Shown piece after piece: positions 12,410 through 23,942 of a DNA stretch of 64,000 bases. Origin of the DNA: Lama glama. Lineage: Eukaryota. Position 1 is the first letter of the stretch, and every line of letters begins with the position of its first letter. The stretch covers positions 44,208,001 through 44,272,000 of the forward strand of contig CM052818.1 in NCBI GenBank assembly GCA_028534125.1, read 5' to 3'. The notes beneath the pieces are model-generated. The model ran no database searches and was not told the DNA's origin. It saw only the letters and a program-made list of their open reading frames with translations. The translations under genes and the position numbers were made by a program.

Positions 12410-13150
12410 GAGAGTGACTCAGCAAAAAGAGCTTCCTTCCTAAAAAGACCCCAGGGACACAAATTGAGCTCAGATAAGGAAAAGCCATTTTCCACAACAA
12501 TAGCAGGGTCCTGGATTTTTTCACCTTTATCTCACAGGCACATGTGTGTTAAAAGGGGTCAGCTCCCACTTGTGTCTGTCGCTCCCGGCTAGTCCTCAAG
12601 CTACCAGGGTTTGGCTCGGGGTTATAAAATAATACGAAGTTCTGACAGTTTAAGAAGCGTGCCTGGAAAAATAACCAGTGCAGGAAGGAGAGAAAAAGCA
12701 TGAGAATGGTGCAGATGGGTTTTGCAGCTGGGTGGAGGAACATTAGCATTAGACACAGGAACATGCTGACTGCGGAGCCCAAGTTTGCCTTAACACAAAG
12801 GTCACCATCACTTCAGTGTGAATAAAATCATGTTTAAGGTACGGTGTTGCTTATGCCGTTTATCACTCCTCCATCCGGAAAGGTTTTCCGCTTGGCAGCA
12901 TCTTCCCTTCTACTAATCCAATTCTTCTTGGAAAATGTCACCCTGCTTGAATTTTCATAGCTCTGCCCCGCACTCAGGCACCTGGGATTTCCAGAGCAAA
13001 GCTGTCGATCAGTGAAACTCGGCAACAGTGAGTGTCAGAGAAGCGGTTCGTTTCTGCAGGTGCCCGAGTGGGTTAATTTCACAGAAATGTCAACCACCAG
13101 TTTCTTTGCAGCCCGTTTCTCTCGGTTTGCTTTTTCTTTTTTTGCAGGCC
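12410..13150. promoter_or_regulatory. Candidate enhancer (ARE/NF-E2, GAS x2, NF-kB-like, IRF half-site)
   Basis: Repeat-free and CpG-enriched. GTGACTCAGCA 12414-12424, TTCTTGGAA 12925-12933, GGGATTTCC 12984-12992, AGTGAAACT 13011-13019, TTCACAGAA 13078-13086. Motif evidence only. Confidence 0.4.
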
Positions 13151-13469
13151 GGGTAGTCTGTCTCTGGCATCCTCAACTGGCTTATCAAGGTGCCTCACGC
13201 TGAAAAGGGCTCAACTTACAGCTGCCCTTTTGCAACGAATGTGGGAGATGGGGTAGGATCCAGGGGGTAACCATCTTATCACCAAAGGCATCGTCGCCTT
13301 AGAGAAGCTGTGAAATAAACTGGAGGGAACTTGCCATTCACTGAGCTTCTTTCTCTGCTGAGGTCTTCACAGGATAGACAGAATAAATAAATTGTTTAAA
13401 GGCTGAGAGTCAAGAAGTGAAGAAATGCTCAGAATAAGCCAGTTCCAAATCTCATTCTCTTTCTTGTAC

Positions 13470-13597
13470 CATATAGTCAGGACCCTATGGGACAAATTTG
13501 GGAGGTGGACAATATTCTGGTGGCAAAACCTTCATGATGCTGTACACCAGAAATTGACAGAACATCGTAAACTGACTGCACTGCAATTTTTTAAAAT
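13470..13597 (+). mobile_element. Short L1 3' end
   Basis: gatgctgtacaccagaaattgacagaacatcgtaaactgactgcactgcaat matches the terminal L1 3' UTR seen in other copies in this window (e.g. antisense at 55.9 kb). Confidence 0.65.
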
Positions 13598-13794
13598 GTC
13601 GTATAATCCTATACGTGTCTTTTGTGGACTTAGGGCTGGCTAGTAGACTCCACACAACCTGCCTGTAAACAACAATATAATTGTGTGTTTTGCGAGGAAA
13701 TGCTCACGTTTGTGCAGTGTGTTGTTTATTCTGAGACTCATGCGCAAGTTCATTGATTAATGCTATTTAGTTTGCTAAAGGCACTTAAGAAACT

Positions 13795-13895
13795 GGGGCG
13801 GTGGGGAGGGAAATAGCTCAGTGGTACAGTGTGTGCTTAGTATGCAAGAAGTCCTGGGTTCAATCCCCAGTACCTCCATTGGAAAAAATGGAAAA
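13795..13895 (+). mobile_element. tRNA-derived camelid SINE (Vic-1 type)
   Basis: ggggagggaaatagctcagtggtacagtgtgtgcttagtatgcaagaagtcctgggttcaatccccagtacctcc: Pol III A box and B box plus A-rich tail. Confidence 0.85.
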
Positions 13896-15214
13896 GAGCC
13901 TGGAAGGGAGGGACATTTACTGCAGAACTCTAAGGAGTATTTTAAGAAATGCTCAGAGAGCCTCTTGTAACTGGTCATGTTTTGTAAAGAATTAAGCCAG
14001 AAAAGAGAAGTCACAGAAGGGTAAGAGGAATGAAAGTCTTGAATATGAGAAAGAAAAGTATTATTTTTCATTTGCAAGGAAAATAGCCAGGACTCATCCA
14101 GAGCTGCCCAAGTGGTGCGGAGGAGAACAAAGGAAAACTTGGAACTCCTGTTATTTGAGCACCCAGATGACTGTCCGTCATCTGATTTCTGGCCTGATGA
14201 CTTTCCTTTACTCTGGCCCATTTCTACCTGCCCTTCTCACACTTATCAGAAGGGACTTTCGAACACACAAAACCTGACAGCGTCACTCTTCTTGTGTTTT
14301 CAGTGGGCTTTCATTAGCACAGGATAACGTGCAGCGCAAGGAGGATCTTTACAAAGCTGATCGCAATCTCCTACCCCGGTCTTTATTATAAACAAACTTA
14401 ATTAAAATTTAATAAGCAACTCAGGTAGAAGGATTTTATTAATAAAGTGACCTGCATCTTTGGTGCGCTGTGCAATGTTGGAAATTTTACCTCACCTCTC
14501 TGGGCTTCATTCACCAACTCTGAAAAGTGAGGCAGCAGATTACAGAAATACGTCTAAAAATTAAACTATCATATAACTCTTGTTTTTGAAAAGTGTACTC
14601 TGATGATGTAAGTCTTGAAACTGCATTCCCTTCCTCAAGATTCACCCTCTACCTTTATTGTTTAAAAGCTCAATAAATCTATTGTTCTGTAGATTACATA
14701 TTTGGGAGTACATTTTGAATTACTTAGCCCTCTTTAACCTCTGATTTCTCATTTTTCTGGGAAGACTAACAGAAAGCATGCTGAGTAAGTGGTTTTATTA
14801 GCTATCAGCAGAAAGGCCTATAAAACTGAAATCTATTTCTGGTTTCCATGTTCCTTGGACTTAATAAGAAATTCTCAAAAGGGAGAGAAAGGAAAAACAC
14901 TCAACTAACATTGATCCTATAAAATAGTGGCATTTCCATTTCTTTTTCAGTGGAGGAAACCAAAGCTTAGAGGCTAAATGACTTGGGCAGTGTCATGAAC
15001 GGTTGGCAAACTTAATGTACCGAGAAGTCTAATAGGAGAGAGGCACTGTGTGCTCATCCCGGAACGCCAGAATCGCAATTTTGGTTTCTACAAAACTCCA
15101 AGTGTTCCTGAAGCTTCTCCACCTCCCCGTTCTCCTGAAAGAAGATTCCTGAGGGTGCATCCCCAGGGATACAGATTTCAGTGACAGCACATGCCAGCCG
15201 AAAAGATTTGCAGA

Positions 15215-15400
15215 TGCACACTGCTATATTTAAAATAGATAAACAACAAGGTCCTACGGAACACAAGGAACTCTATTCAATATCTTGTAATAACCTATAA
15301 TGATAAAGAATATGAAAAAGAATCTATATAACTGAATTGCTTTGCTGTACATCGGAAACTAACACAACACTGTAAATCAACTAACTTCAATTTAAAAAAG
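15215..15400 (+). mobile_element. L1 3' end, cetartiodactyl subfamily
   Basis: atagataaacaacaaggtccta...caatatcttgtaataacctataat...tgtaaatcaacta plus A tail; degenerate TSD aaaagatttgcaga/agaaaatttgctga. Confidence 0.85.
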
Positions 15401-15736
15401 GAGAAAATTTGCTGAAAGGCAAGAAGACTCAAAAGTAGATTCAACTCACTCAGACTGATGATAAACAACTAAAAATTATGATAGAAACTGAGGGGAAAAG
15501 AAGCATTAAGCCTGAAAGTTTCTGTTCGCATTAAGTAGCTGGTTTCAAACCGGCAGACCTCTCCCCACAATGAATAAAACCTTGTGTTAATAAACTGACT
15601 AGGTATTTCAATTAATCAATATTATGTTAAAACATGGAAGGGAAGAAAATGATAGTTGGAGGGCTTTTAAATATTATCTCTTTTCTATAAGTAGAAGGAT
15701 TATATAAATATAGGTCAGAATTAAAGGGTATTTATC

Positions 15737-15905
15737 AGGGAGAAAGGTATAGCTTAAGTGGCAGAGCACATGCTTAGCATGTGTGAGGCCCTGGGTTCAA
15801 CTCCCAGTAGCTCCTCTGAAAAATAAATCAGCAAACCCTAATTACCTCCCCCTAAAACATTAAAAAATTATTTTAAATATTTAAAAAATAGAAAGTTTAA
15901 TAAAA
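15737..15905 (+). mobile_element. tRNA-derived camelid SINE (Vic-1 type) with TSD
   Basis: ggtatagcttaagtggcagagcacatgcttagcatgtgtgaggccctgggttcaactcccagta; TSD taaagggtatttatc (15722-15736) / taaagggcatttatt (15906-15920). Confidence 0.88.
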
Positions 15906-16849
15906 TAAAGGGCATTTATTATGCGACAGGCTAAATCCTGGAGAAAGAGCGGACCATCGGCCTTGACCTCAGGTAGGGCGTGGTGGATGAGCTGTGTGAG
16001 CAGGACTTGGTGAGCAGAGAGATGCCTGGAAGGAGGCAGGTGTAGGTTCCCTGCTAATCTGAGGAAGACGACCTAACACAGAAACGTGAGGGCAGAGAAC
16101 AGTCAGGGAGTTAGGTAGTGATGTTTGAGCTTCACGTTGAAGGATGAGCACAATCAGCCACGGGAAAAGGAGAGGGAACAACTCCAGGGGAAACAGAGGA
16201 ACATTACTGAAGGCATCGCATCATGAAATACCACGTAGACCTTGCCCAAGAACCCAGAGTCCTGCCAGCCGTCTTCCACAACTGCTGGTGTTCCTGCCAG
16301 CTTGGCCCCGAGCCCCGTGTGGCCTCTGTCTTGAGGAGGACCACAGGGGAGCCTCAGGGCCTCCTGTCCTCGGTCTAAAACCTACCCCAGTGACTGACCA
16401 CGTGGCCTGCTCCCTCACTCCTTCCTGTGGATCCAAGACTCTGTCTTTACCTCGGGTAGCTAACCTCCCCAGTAGGAGAGCCTTTCTCCCCGACAATAAA
16501 CACACACTCAGCCCTCTTCCTTTTCTCTGGGCCTCATCCTCAACCTCCAGGAACTTTCTAACAGACCCCTCTTAAGAGGTGAGCAGCTATGCTGGAAATG
16601 CCCCAAGGAGACGTGCTTTATGAATCCGTCCCATTGGGGGCAGGTAGAAACAATGAACGCTTTCTAACAAGTAGTCTGTGGCAAAGGTGATGGGTTTTCT
16701 CTCCCGTGATTCTCCTGCATTAGATAAGATTCCTCTTAGGTTGGCTCTATTCTGTTTTTTCTATCAATTTGATAACATCCTTCTTTCTTATTAAAACACC
16801 CCAAAATGCTTTAATTAAAAAAAAAAAAAGGCGACTCCTAGGGCTGGAG

Positions 16850-17420
16850 AAAGCTTCTCCTGCGGGCTCTGAAGAAGCAGTCATGCTGTAAACCACCTTT
16901 GGGGAGGGCCACATGGCAGGGGACGGCATGACCTCTAAGGCAAAAGGCTTCCAGCTGACAGCCGCTAAGAAGCTGACAGTCTCAGTCCTACAGCCGTGTG
17001 TTAAGTGAGTTCTTCCAACAATTTGAATGAGAGCGGAAGTGAATTCTTCCCTAGTTGAATATCCAGATGAGAGTACAGCCAGATGATATCTTTTGTTGTT
17101 GCTGTTGTTGTTGGCGGTGATTTTTTGGGGGGTGGGAGGGTAAATTAGGTTTATTTATGTATTTTAATGGAGGTACTGAGGATTGAACCCAGGACCTCGG
17201 GCTTGCTGAGCACACACTCTACCACTGAGCTATACCCTGCCCACCCCACCCAGATGATACCTTAATTGTAACCTTCAGAGACGCTGAGCAGAAGACCCAG
17301 CTTAGCTAGTCCCAGAATCCTGATGTACAAAATGTGAGAGTATAAGCCATTGTGTGCTGTTTAAGCCATTAAGTTTGTGGTGACTTATCACTTAGCAATT
17401 AAAAAAAAGACCCTGATACA
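16850..17420 (+). mobile_element. MaLR LTR (MLT1E/F-like), interrupted by a SINE
   Basis: gggccacatggcagg...ctcagtcctacagcc...ccagatgagagtacagcc...ttaagccattaagtttgtggtgacttatcacttagcaat. Confidence 0.75.
17089..17249 (-). mobile_element. tRNA-derived camelid SINE (Vic-1 type) inserted in the MLT1 LTR
   Basis: Minus strand reads gggtatagctcagtggtagagtgtgtgctcagcaagcccgaggtcctgggttcaatcctcagtacctcc; TSD ccagatgata at 17079-17088 and 17250-17259. Confidence 0.9.
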
Positions 17421-18139
17421 ACCATCCAGGTTTATCTTATAGCACCAAATACCCAGAGACCTAAAAGAATTAATAGCCCCAAAAGGATGAAGATGCATCC
17501 TCTGTGTGTATGTAACTGTACCCCATCAGAGTTCTGGTCCCATCAGACCCGAGGGAAGGCAGCAGACGGGGCACTGGGCGCGGTTAGTATTCACCCTCTA
17601 TGAGAAGGTATGGAAAATGTGACAGGAGGAGACATAAAAGCATCAGTGTTATAGGACAATAAAAAGCAAAGCTGGCAGAGGTGAGATAGGAGTTTGAGAA
17701 AAAGGCAGGAGACAGACCTCAGAGGGCAGGGGTCCGTCTGTATCATGCTGGCAGCAGAATAATAAAGCTTCATGGCTCATCCGGGTTCAGAGTCTTTTCC
17801 CGGGATGGAGTGATACACTAGACGAGGAGCCGGACAGGGGCACCTAGACACTCTGATCTCAAAGACTTTCTATTTCCCAGGAACACAAAGAAGGTGACCC
17901 CTTCCCGTGAATGGCTGAGCTCTTCCGCTGTCCACACCTGTGGGAACTGGAAGATTCCTTTCACTGCCTGGCCACGCGTGTACCCTCTAGTCCTCTTAGT
18001 GTGCAGTGGTACCTCCACGTTTAGTGGAGGGAACTTCGATCAGCAGCTTGCCTGTGGTCACACAGCACAGAGGTGATGAAACCCGGAATGGGATCTAGGT
18101 CCTCTGACACCAAAGCCTGTGTCTTCTCCACCACGGTGA

Positions 18140-18305
18140 TCCTCAGCCCTGGGGAGCTTTGACAAACTACCACTCAGACCAAGTAATCAGAATCACTGAA
18201 GGTGGGGAGTAAGAACTGGGTTTTTGGTTTTATGTTTTTGTTTTGTTTTGCTTCATTTTGAAGCCTTCCAAGTGATTCTAACATGAAACTGGGATTGAAA
18301 ACTTT
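18140..18305. mobile_element. MER5-like hAT-Charlie MITE
   Basis: ctggggagctttgac...aatcagaatcactgaaggtgggg...ccaagtgattctaacatg. Confidence 0.55.
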
Positions 18306-18500
18306 CGCTTCGCATCGCGTGACCATGAGACGGCAGCAACTTCAGAAGTTCTCAGTGCAGCCCACCCCCAGAGGCATTTGAAGGAGGCATGTGGTGGACT
18401 TCCTAGCAAATTTCAGCATTCTTTCCTCCTACTAGTTTTTAAGATTCTTCCACACACAGCTTTAAGAATGACACACTTACATACACATATACTATGTATA

Positions 18501-18522
18501 TGTGTGTGTGTGTGTGTGTGTG
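18501..18522. repeat. (TG)11 microsatellite
   Basis: Direct count. Confidence 0.95.
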
Positions 18523-18932
18523 CGCATATATATCTTTTTTTTTTTTACTGGAATCTGGGTCACCTAACATTTCTTTCCTCGCTTTTGCAGGATCCCTTCC
18601 AAGCATGGCTCACAAAGCATCCAGTACATTGTTATATGACAAATAAAACTAGGAGTCCATCCATCCGGGACTGGGTTCCTTTCCTTGACCAGGATCTGTT
18701 AGTAATAATCTGTGTGATCCTCAGAAAATTTGCCTAATCAGGTTGAATTGCCTGCTCTGTAAAACTAGAAGATTGGCCTTGATGATCTTAAGGTCTTTCC
18801 CAGCTCTGAATTGCTGACAGTTCCATAGCTGAAAAAACTTTCAATGGTAACAGATATGATAGAAATATGAGGTATATAATTTAACAAATGTTTAATGAAA
18901 TATAGATAGCTGAAAATTATATCTGGATACTG

Positions 18933-18934
<2 letters not shown>

Positions 18935-18968
<34 letters not shown>
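18935..18968. repeat. (GT)17 microsatellite
   Basis: Direct count. Confidence 0.95.
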
Positions 18969-18970
<2 letters not shown>

Positions 18971-19596
18971 TTTGGTTTTGTCTATATTTTTTCCAGGAAG
19001 AAGAGACCCAAGAACACATGCAGCTCCGGCCGTGCCTGTGAACTTGGAGCTCACGAGGGCTGCATGTACAGAGTGCAGAGACAAGGGCCCTGGTGGTGCA
19101 GGCAGCGCCCGGCCCACCCTCTGCTCTAACACATTAGGAGCATATAATCATGGCAGGTACTAACCTCTCCTAGGTTCTGATTCTTCATCCATAAAATTGG
19201 AATAACAGCAATTCCTGACTTAGAACAGTGTGAGAATGCAATGAGTTAAGCAGCAATTGCTCAACACGATGCCTCGTGCATAGTATATAGTCATGACTTT
19301 GATATTATTATCTGAACTTAATAAATTAATACCACCTGACATCTCAGGACCATGATGAGGATACAGAGGTGAGAGGTGACGATGTTGACAGAGATAGAGA
19401 CAGTTTGCTAGAAAATGTTCTCTTATTCTGTGTTTTGCCAAATACCCCGAGAATGAATGAATCCATGTCCTCTGGTAAGAAATATGTCTAGTCGGTATGT
19501 TTGCAAATCCCAAAACACAAAACATCAGTAAAAAGAGGAATTATTCTCAGAAAGGAAAGTCTTGATTTTTCTCAAAATCATGAGAAAATTTAGCTC

Positions 19597-19955
19597 AAGA
19601 GTTCTCAAAATGTGATCCAGAAATATCCTGGGATCCCTGGGACCTTTTCAGGGGGTCCGCGGGTCAAAGCCGTTGCCATGACGAAGCTCAGATACCATTT
19701 GCTTTATTCACTCTCGTCCGCTTGCGGGATTGCCGCAGGCTTTTCTAGAGGCTTCGAGACGTGCAATGACACCAGTGCTGTGATGGCCAGTAGACTGTGT
19801 GCTGGTATACTCTTGTGTTTGTAAAAATCTCAGCTTTAACTTCTGGTACAATGAATGTCAATAGACATAGTTACATAAACAAAGAGAATTTTGAAATTTT
19901 TAGTAATTTTTAAGTGTGGAAAGGGGTCTAAAAGCAAAAGTTTTGATACTCTGTT
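19597..19955. mobile_element. hAT-Charlie non-autonomous element (Charlie4-like)
   Basis: gttctcaaaatgtgatcc...accttttcagggggtccgcgggtcaaa... and ending aaaagttttgatactctg, resembling Charlie TIRs. Confidence 0.65.
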
Positions 19956-20082
19956 CCAGTTGATCAAATAAAGTCCATGTTAGTATACATTTTAGGATAG
20001 TAAGAAAAACCTGTAAGCCAAGTTTCTATGTTACCACATGCCTCCCTCAATCCATTCTAAGTCAGCGTATCTCAGCCATGAA

Positions 20083-20250
20083 TATAAATTGTAATCACAG
20101 AGGAGCTTTAATAACTACTGACATCCTGACTTCCGTGCCCCACCCCTCCAAGACACCCCGATTTAATACATATGGAGTCTTGCCAGTGGACCAGAGTTTT
20201 CAAAGCTTCTCTGATGATCTTGTCATGCGGCAAGTTTGAGATCCACTGTT
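20083..20250. mobile_element. MER5A-like MITE
   Basis: aatcacagaggagctttaataac...ttttcaaagcttctctgatgatc...aagtttgagatccactg. Confidence 0.6.
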
Positions 20251-20947
20251 GTAGGAGACGTGAGCTGATCCTAGGAGCAAACTCTTTGACAGGCAGGAAA
20301 GGAAAGAGGCTGTCATCTACCCACTCGGATTCCCGGGGCTGAACTCAGTTGGAGCCAGGCTAATCGAAATGGGGGTGTGAGCTATGCTAGGGCTTCCTCC
20401 CAGGGAACCTGTGTCCTTGGACTGGGATGTGAGCCCAGCACACCGAAATCTCAAATCTGGATTTTAGGGGCAAGCATCCCTTGGACTCTGCCCTGTATGC
20501 TTGCTCAGCCTTCTTTGCTTTTGTAGTTCTACGGAAACTTAGCCCATTATTAATCCCAATCCTCTCCACTGTGCCCTTGTCTAATCTAATTTGATAAATT
20601 AAGGATCCACGTGGAACAGAATCTTTTTTCAGTCTGTTAGGCCAGCACCCCCGCCAAGACCAAGTGGGCTGATTCACCCTGTGACAGCTCCTGAGTGCTG
20701 CTCCCCAGAAATCACAGCCAGGCCTGCAAACTTGCTGTCTGTGTGTCAGGAGACAGAAGACACCTGGGCCCCATCCCATGGTTGTCATGACAGCCAAGTC
20801 TAAAATAGACGTTCAGACACAAGAGCTGTTTGGCTGACTCTGACCTACATGTAAGCATAAATATTATTCGTGTTGGAAAGGAAGCGATCTTCTATTTTAC
20901 TCAAGGAGATAATTTAGAAAAGCAGGCTGTGGATTTGCTCCACGGGA

Positions 20948-21447
20948 NNNNNNNNNNNNNNNNNNNNNNNNNNNNNNNNNNNNNNNNNNNNNNNNNNNNN
21001 NNNNNNNNNNNNNNNNNNNNNNNNNNNNNNNNNNNNNNNNNNNNNNNNNNNNNNNNNNNNNNNNNNNNNNNNNNNNNNNNNNNNNNNNNNNNNNNNNNNN
21101 NNNNNNNNNNNNNNNNNNNNNNNNNNNNNNNNNNNNNNNNNNNNNNNNNNNNNNNNNNNNNNNNNNNNNNNNNNNNNNNNNNNNNNNNNNNNNNNNNNNN
21201 NNNNNNNNNNNNNNNNNNNNNNNNNNNNNNNNNNNNNNNNNNNNNNNNNNNNNNNNNNNNNNNNNNNNNNNNNNNNNNNNNNNNNNNNNNNNNNNNNNNN
21301 NNNNNNNNNNNNNNNNNNNNNNNNNNNNNNNNNNNNNNNNNNNNNNNNNNNNNNNNNNNNNNNNNNNNNNNNNNNNNNNNNNNNNNNNNNNNNNNNNNNN
21401 NNNNNNNNNNNNNNNNNNNNNNNNNNNNNNNNNNNNNNNNNNNNNNN
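20948..21447. other. Assembly gap (500 N)
   Basis: Run of exactly 500 N. Confidence 1.
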
Positions 21448-21449
21448 GT

Positions 21450-21841
21450 TACCCATTGAATTGTGTCGCCCCAAATTCATATGTTGAAATTCTAGCCCCC
21501 AATACCACAGAACGTGACCTTATTTGGAGACAGGGTCGTCACAAGTTAAATTAAGGTCATTAGGGTGGGCTTTAATCCAACCTGGCCTGTGTCCTTATAA
21601 AAAGGGGACACTGGACACAGACTTGCATGCAGGAGAACGCCATGCGAAGCTGAAGAAAGTCGTCCACAAGCCAGAAGAAGTGGCCTGGAGCAGATCTTTC
21701 CTCACAGCCCTCAGAGAAACCAACCCAGCTAACCCCTTGTTTGGGACCTTCAGTCTCCAGAATTGTGAGATAATAAATTTCTGTTATTTACGCATCTCAG
21801 TTTGTAGCCCTTTATTAGGGCAGTCCTAGCAAGCTAATACA
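21450..21841 (+). mobile_element. MaLR LTR (MLT1B-like)
   Basis: ttgaattgtgtcgccccaaattcatatgttgaa...gtgaccttatttggagacaggg...ctccagaattgtgagataataaatttctgttattta...agcaagctaataca. Confidence 0.9.
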
Positions 21842-21859
21842 GTTCCTGAAAAAGTTTCT

Positions 21860-23650
21860 GATTTATTTTCTATCAATCAGTTCCCTGTAAAAGACTTAAC
21901 TTTTTCCCAGATGTGATAATCACGCTTGCCTTATCTCTTTGTTTCCTAACACCCTTTCCTATGTCTCTCAAATTCATATTCAATACCATGGAATCATCTG
22001 GAACAACAGGCTTGAGCAGAAATGCTTTATTAACCCTTAATGAGGACTTCATCATAGGTCTGATCCCTGTGCTTAGCTGGGTAGACTTCATGGATTTTTT
22101 TTTTTTTTTTTTTTTTTGCAGATAGCCTTCCCTAGAATTCTCTCTGGGGTCCAGACTCCATTCTCTTTTCAACCTCGCAAGAACCACGTTTCTGAACTCT
22201 AGATCCTCAATGTTTCTGCTTTCAAACCAGGTAGTCTTTTACTGGGTTCATCTTCTTCTTGTAACCTTACTACAAAGTCAGGGCCAAAAACACTGACACT
22301 GTGCTTCTTTCTAATTCCTTTCTTTAGAGATTCAGGTCAGTAAGAACGTGGTCTATTTCCAGGCAACTGCTTAATCACATGAAAAGGATAGTATTTTGGC
22401 GTGAAAACTGTTTATCGTTAGGCCCGCCCGATCACTAAGTCAAGGCCACCAATTTTGCTTTGTTTTTTATTGACGTATAGTTGATGTAAAATATTACATG
22501 TTACAGGTATACAATATAGTGATTCACAATCTTTAAAGGTTATGCTCCATTTATAGTCATTGTAAAATACTGGCTCTGTCCCCTGTGTTGTACAATATAG
22601 CCTTGTAACTTACTTATACATAATAGTTTGTACCTCTTAATCCCCTGCCCCTGCAATGCCCCGCTCCTTTTCCCTCTCCTCAGTTGTAGCCACTAGTTTG
22701 TTCCCTGTATCTGTGAGTCTGTTTTTTTGTTTGTTTGTTTTATTCACCAGTTTGTTTCATTTTTGAGATTCCACATATTAGTATCACACAGTATTGTCTT
22801 TCTCTGTCTGATTTATTTCACTTAGCATAATACCCTCCAAGTCCATCTGTGTTGTTGCAAATGCAAAATTTTATTCTTTTTTTTTATGGCTGAGTAGGAC
22901 TGCATTGTATGTGTGTAGATGTGTGTGTGTATATATGTCTCATATCTTCTTTATCCAGTCATCTGACTAATGGACACTTCAGTTGTTTCCGTGTCTTGGC
23001 TATTGTAAATAATGATGCTATGAACACTGAGGTACATAGATCTTTTTTAATTAGTGTTTTTGTTTTTCTTCAGATAGACAGCCAGCCATGGAATGGCTGG
23101 GTCATATGGAATTTCTACTACTTGTTTTTTGAGAAACCTCTGTATTTTTTCCACAGAATATCATCTGTTTTTCGTATCTCCTAAGGCAGCATTTTTCCCA
23201 GTGGCAATTTTTATGTTAGTTACGGTAATAGTAGCAGCTGAGACAAATTAACCTCCAAATTTTAGGGGTACAACACAAGAGAAGTGTGTTTCTTCCTCAT
23301 AGAAAGAGTACCAGTGTTTCTGGTATGTAAACTTTTGGGTTGGGTTGGGTTGCGTTTGGTTTTTCCCACGGTGACCCAGAGACCCAGGCTTCTTTCATTC
23401 TAAGGCTCCACTAACCCCTGAGATCTCATTGCCCCTGAACCTGGCCCATAAAAGGAGGAACAGAGAGTGTAACAGGGGCTTCCTCCACAAAAAGCCATCA
23501 CCCAGGTGGCATGCACACTGCTGCTCCCAGTCTTTTGTCTGAAAGCCAACCAAACGGGATTCCTACTTGTAAGAGAAGCCAAGGAGTCGAGTCTGGCTGT
23601 GTGCCCCAGAAGAAGAGATTGCACAGATATTGGTGAGCAGGTGTAGTTTT
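21860..23650 (-). mobile_element. Old MaLR element (MLT1J/K-like LTR ~23210-23650 plus internal sequence), interrupted by L1
   Basis: LTR-like antisense motifs (acccagagacccaggcttctttcat, tctggctgtgtgccccagaagaagag) adjoin ...ggcaattttt and MLT1-internal-like sequence. Confidence 0.5.
22465..23155 (-). mobile_element. L1 3' portion, cetartiodactyl subfamily
   Basis: ttgacgtatagttgat...aaaggttatgctccatttatag...tttcacttagcataataccctccaagtccatc...gtcttggctattgtaaataat. Confidence 0.9.
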
Positions 23651-23669
23651 GCTCTTAGAGGCATTTTGC

Positions 23670-23790
23670 CTATTTTATAGAAGCTAAAACGGAGGCACAG
23701 AGAGACAATGTACTTTGTCCAAGATCACGTAGCTTATAAATGATAGAACTGAGACTTGAAACCACGTACATCTGAATCCTAAAAGACAAA
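23670..23790 (-). mobile_element. MIR fragment
   Basis: ttttatagaagctaaaacggaggcacagagag...tccaagatcacgtagc. Confidence 0.65.
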
Positions 23791-23827
23791 CCAGAGGAAG
23801 CTAGTAAAACAGTTAATATTTTGGAAA

Positions 23828-23942
23828 CTACCCTGAATTTGCTAGATTTAGCCAAAAAATGCAAGACAATTAACTTTGAATTTCAGATAAAGAAGACAAA
23901 AAATTTTAGTGTAAATATGTAATATTTTACCTGGAAATCCTG
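23828..23942. mobile_element. MER53-like hAT MITE (internally deleted)
   Basis: gctagatttagcc...ttaactttgaatttcagataaa...tattttacctggaaatcctg. Confidence 0.65.

Noticed and set aside
13795..13880. tRNA gene (A and B boxes); likewise at 15737 and 17249
   Set aside because: These are SINE heads: diverged copies with A-rich tails (two with TSDs) and no convincing cloverleaf.
20830..21480. Long ORFs of 209 and 188 aa
   Set aside because: Artefacts of translating through the N gap.
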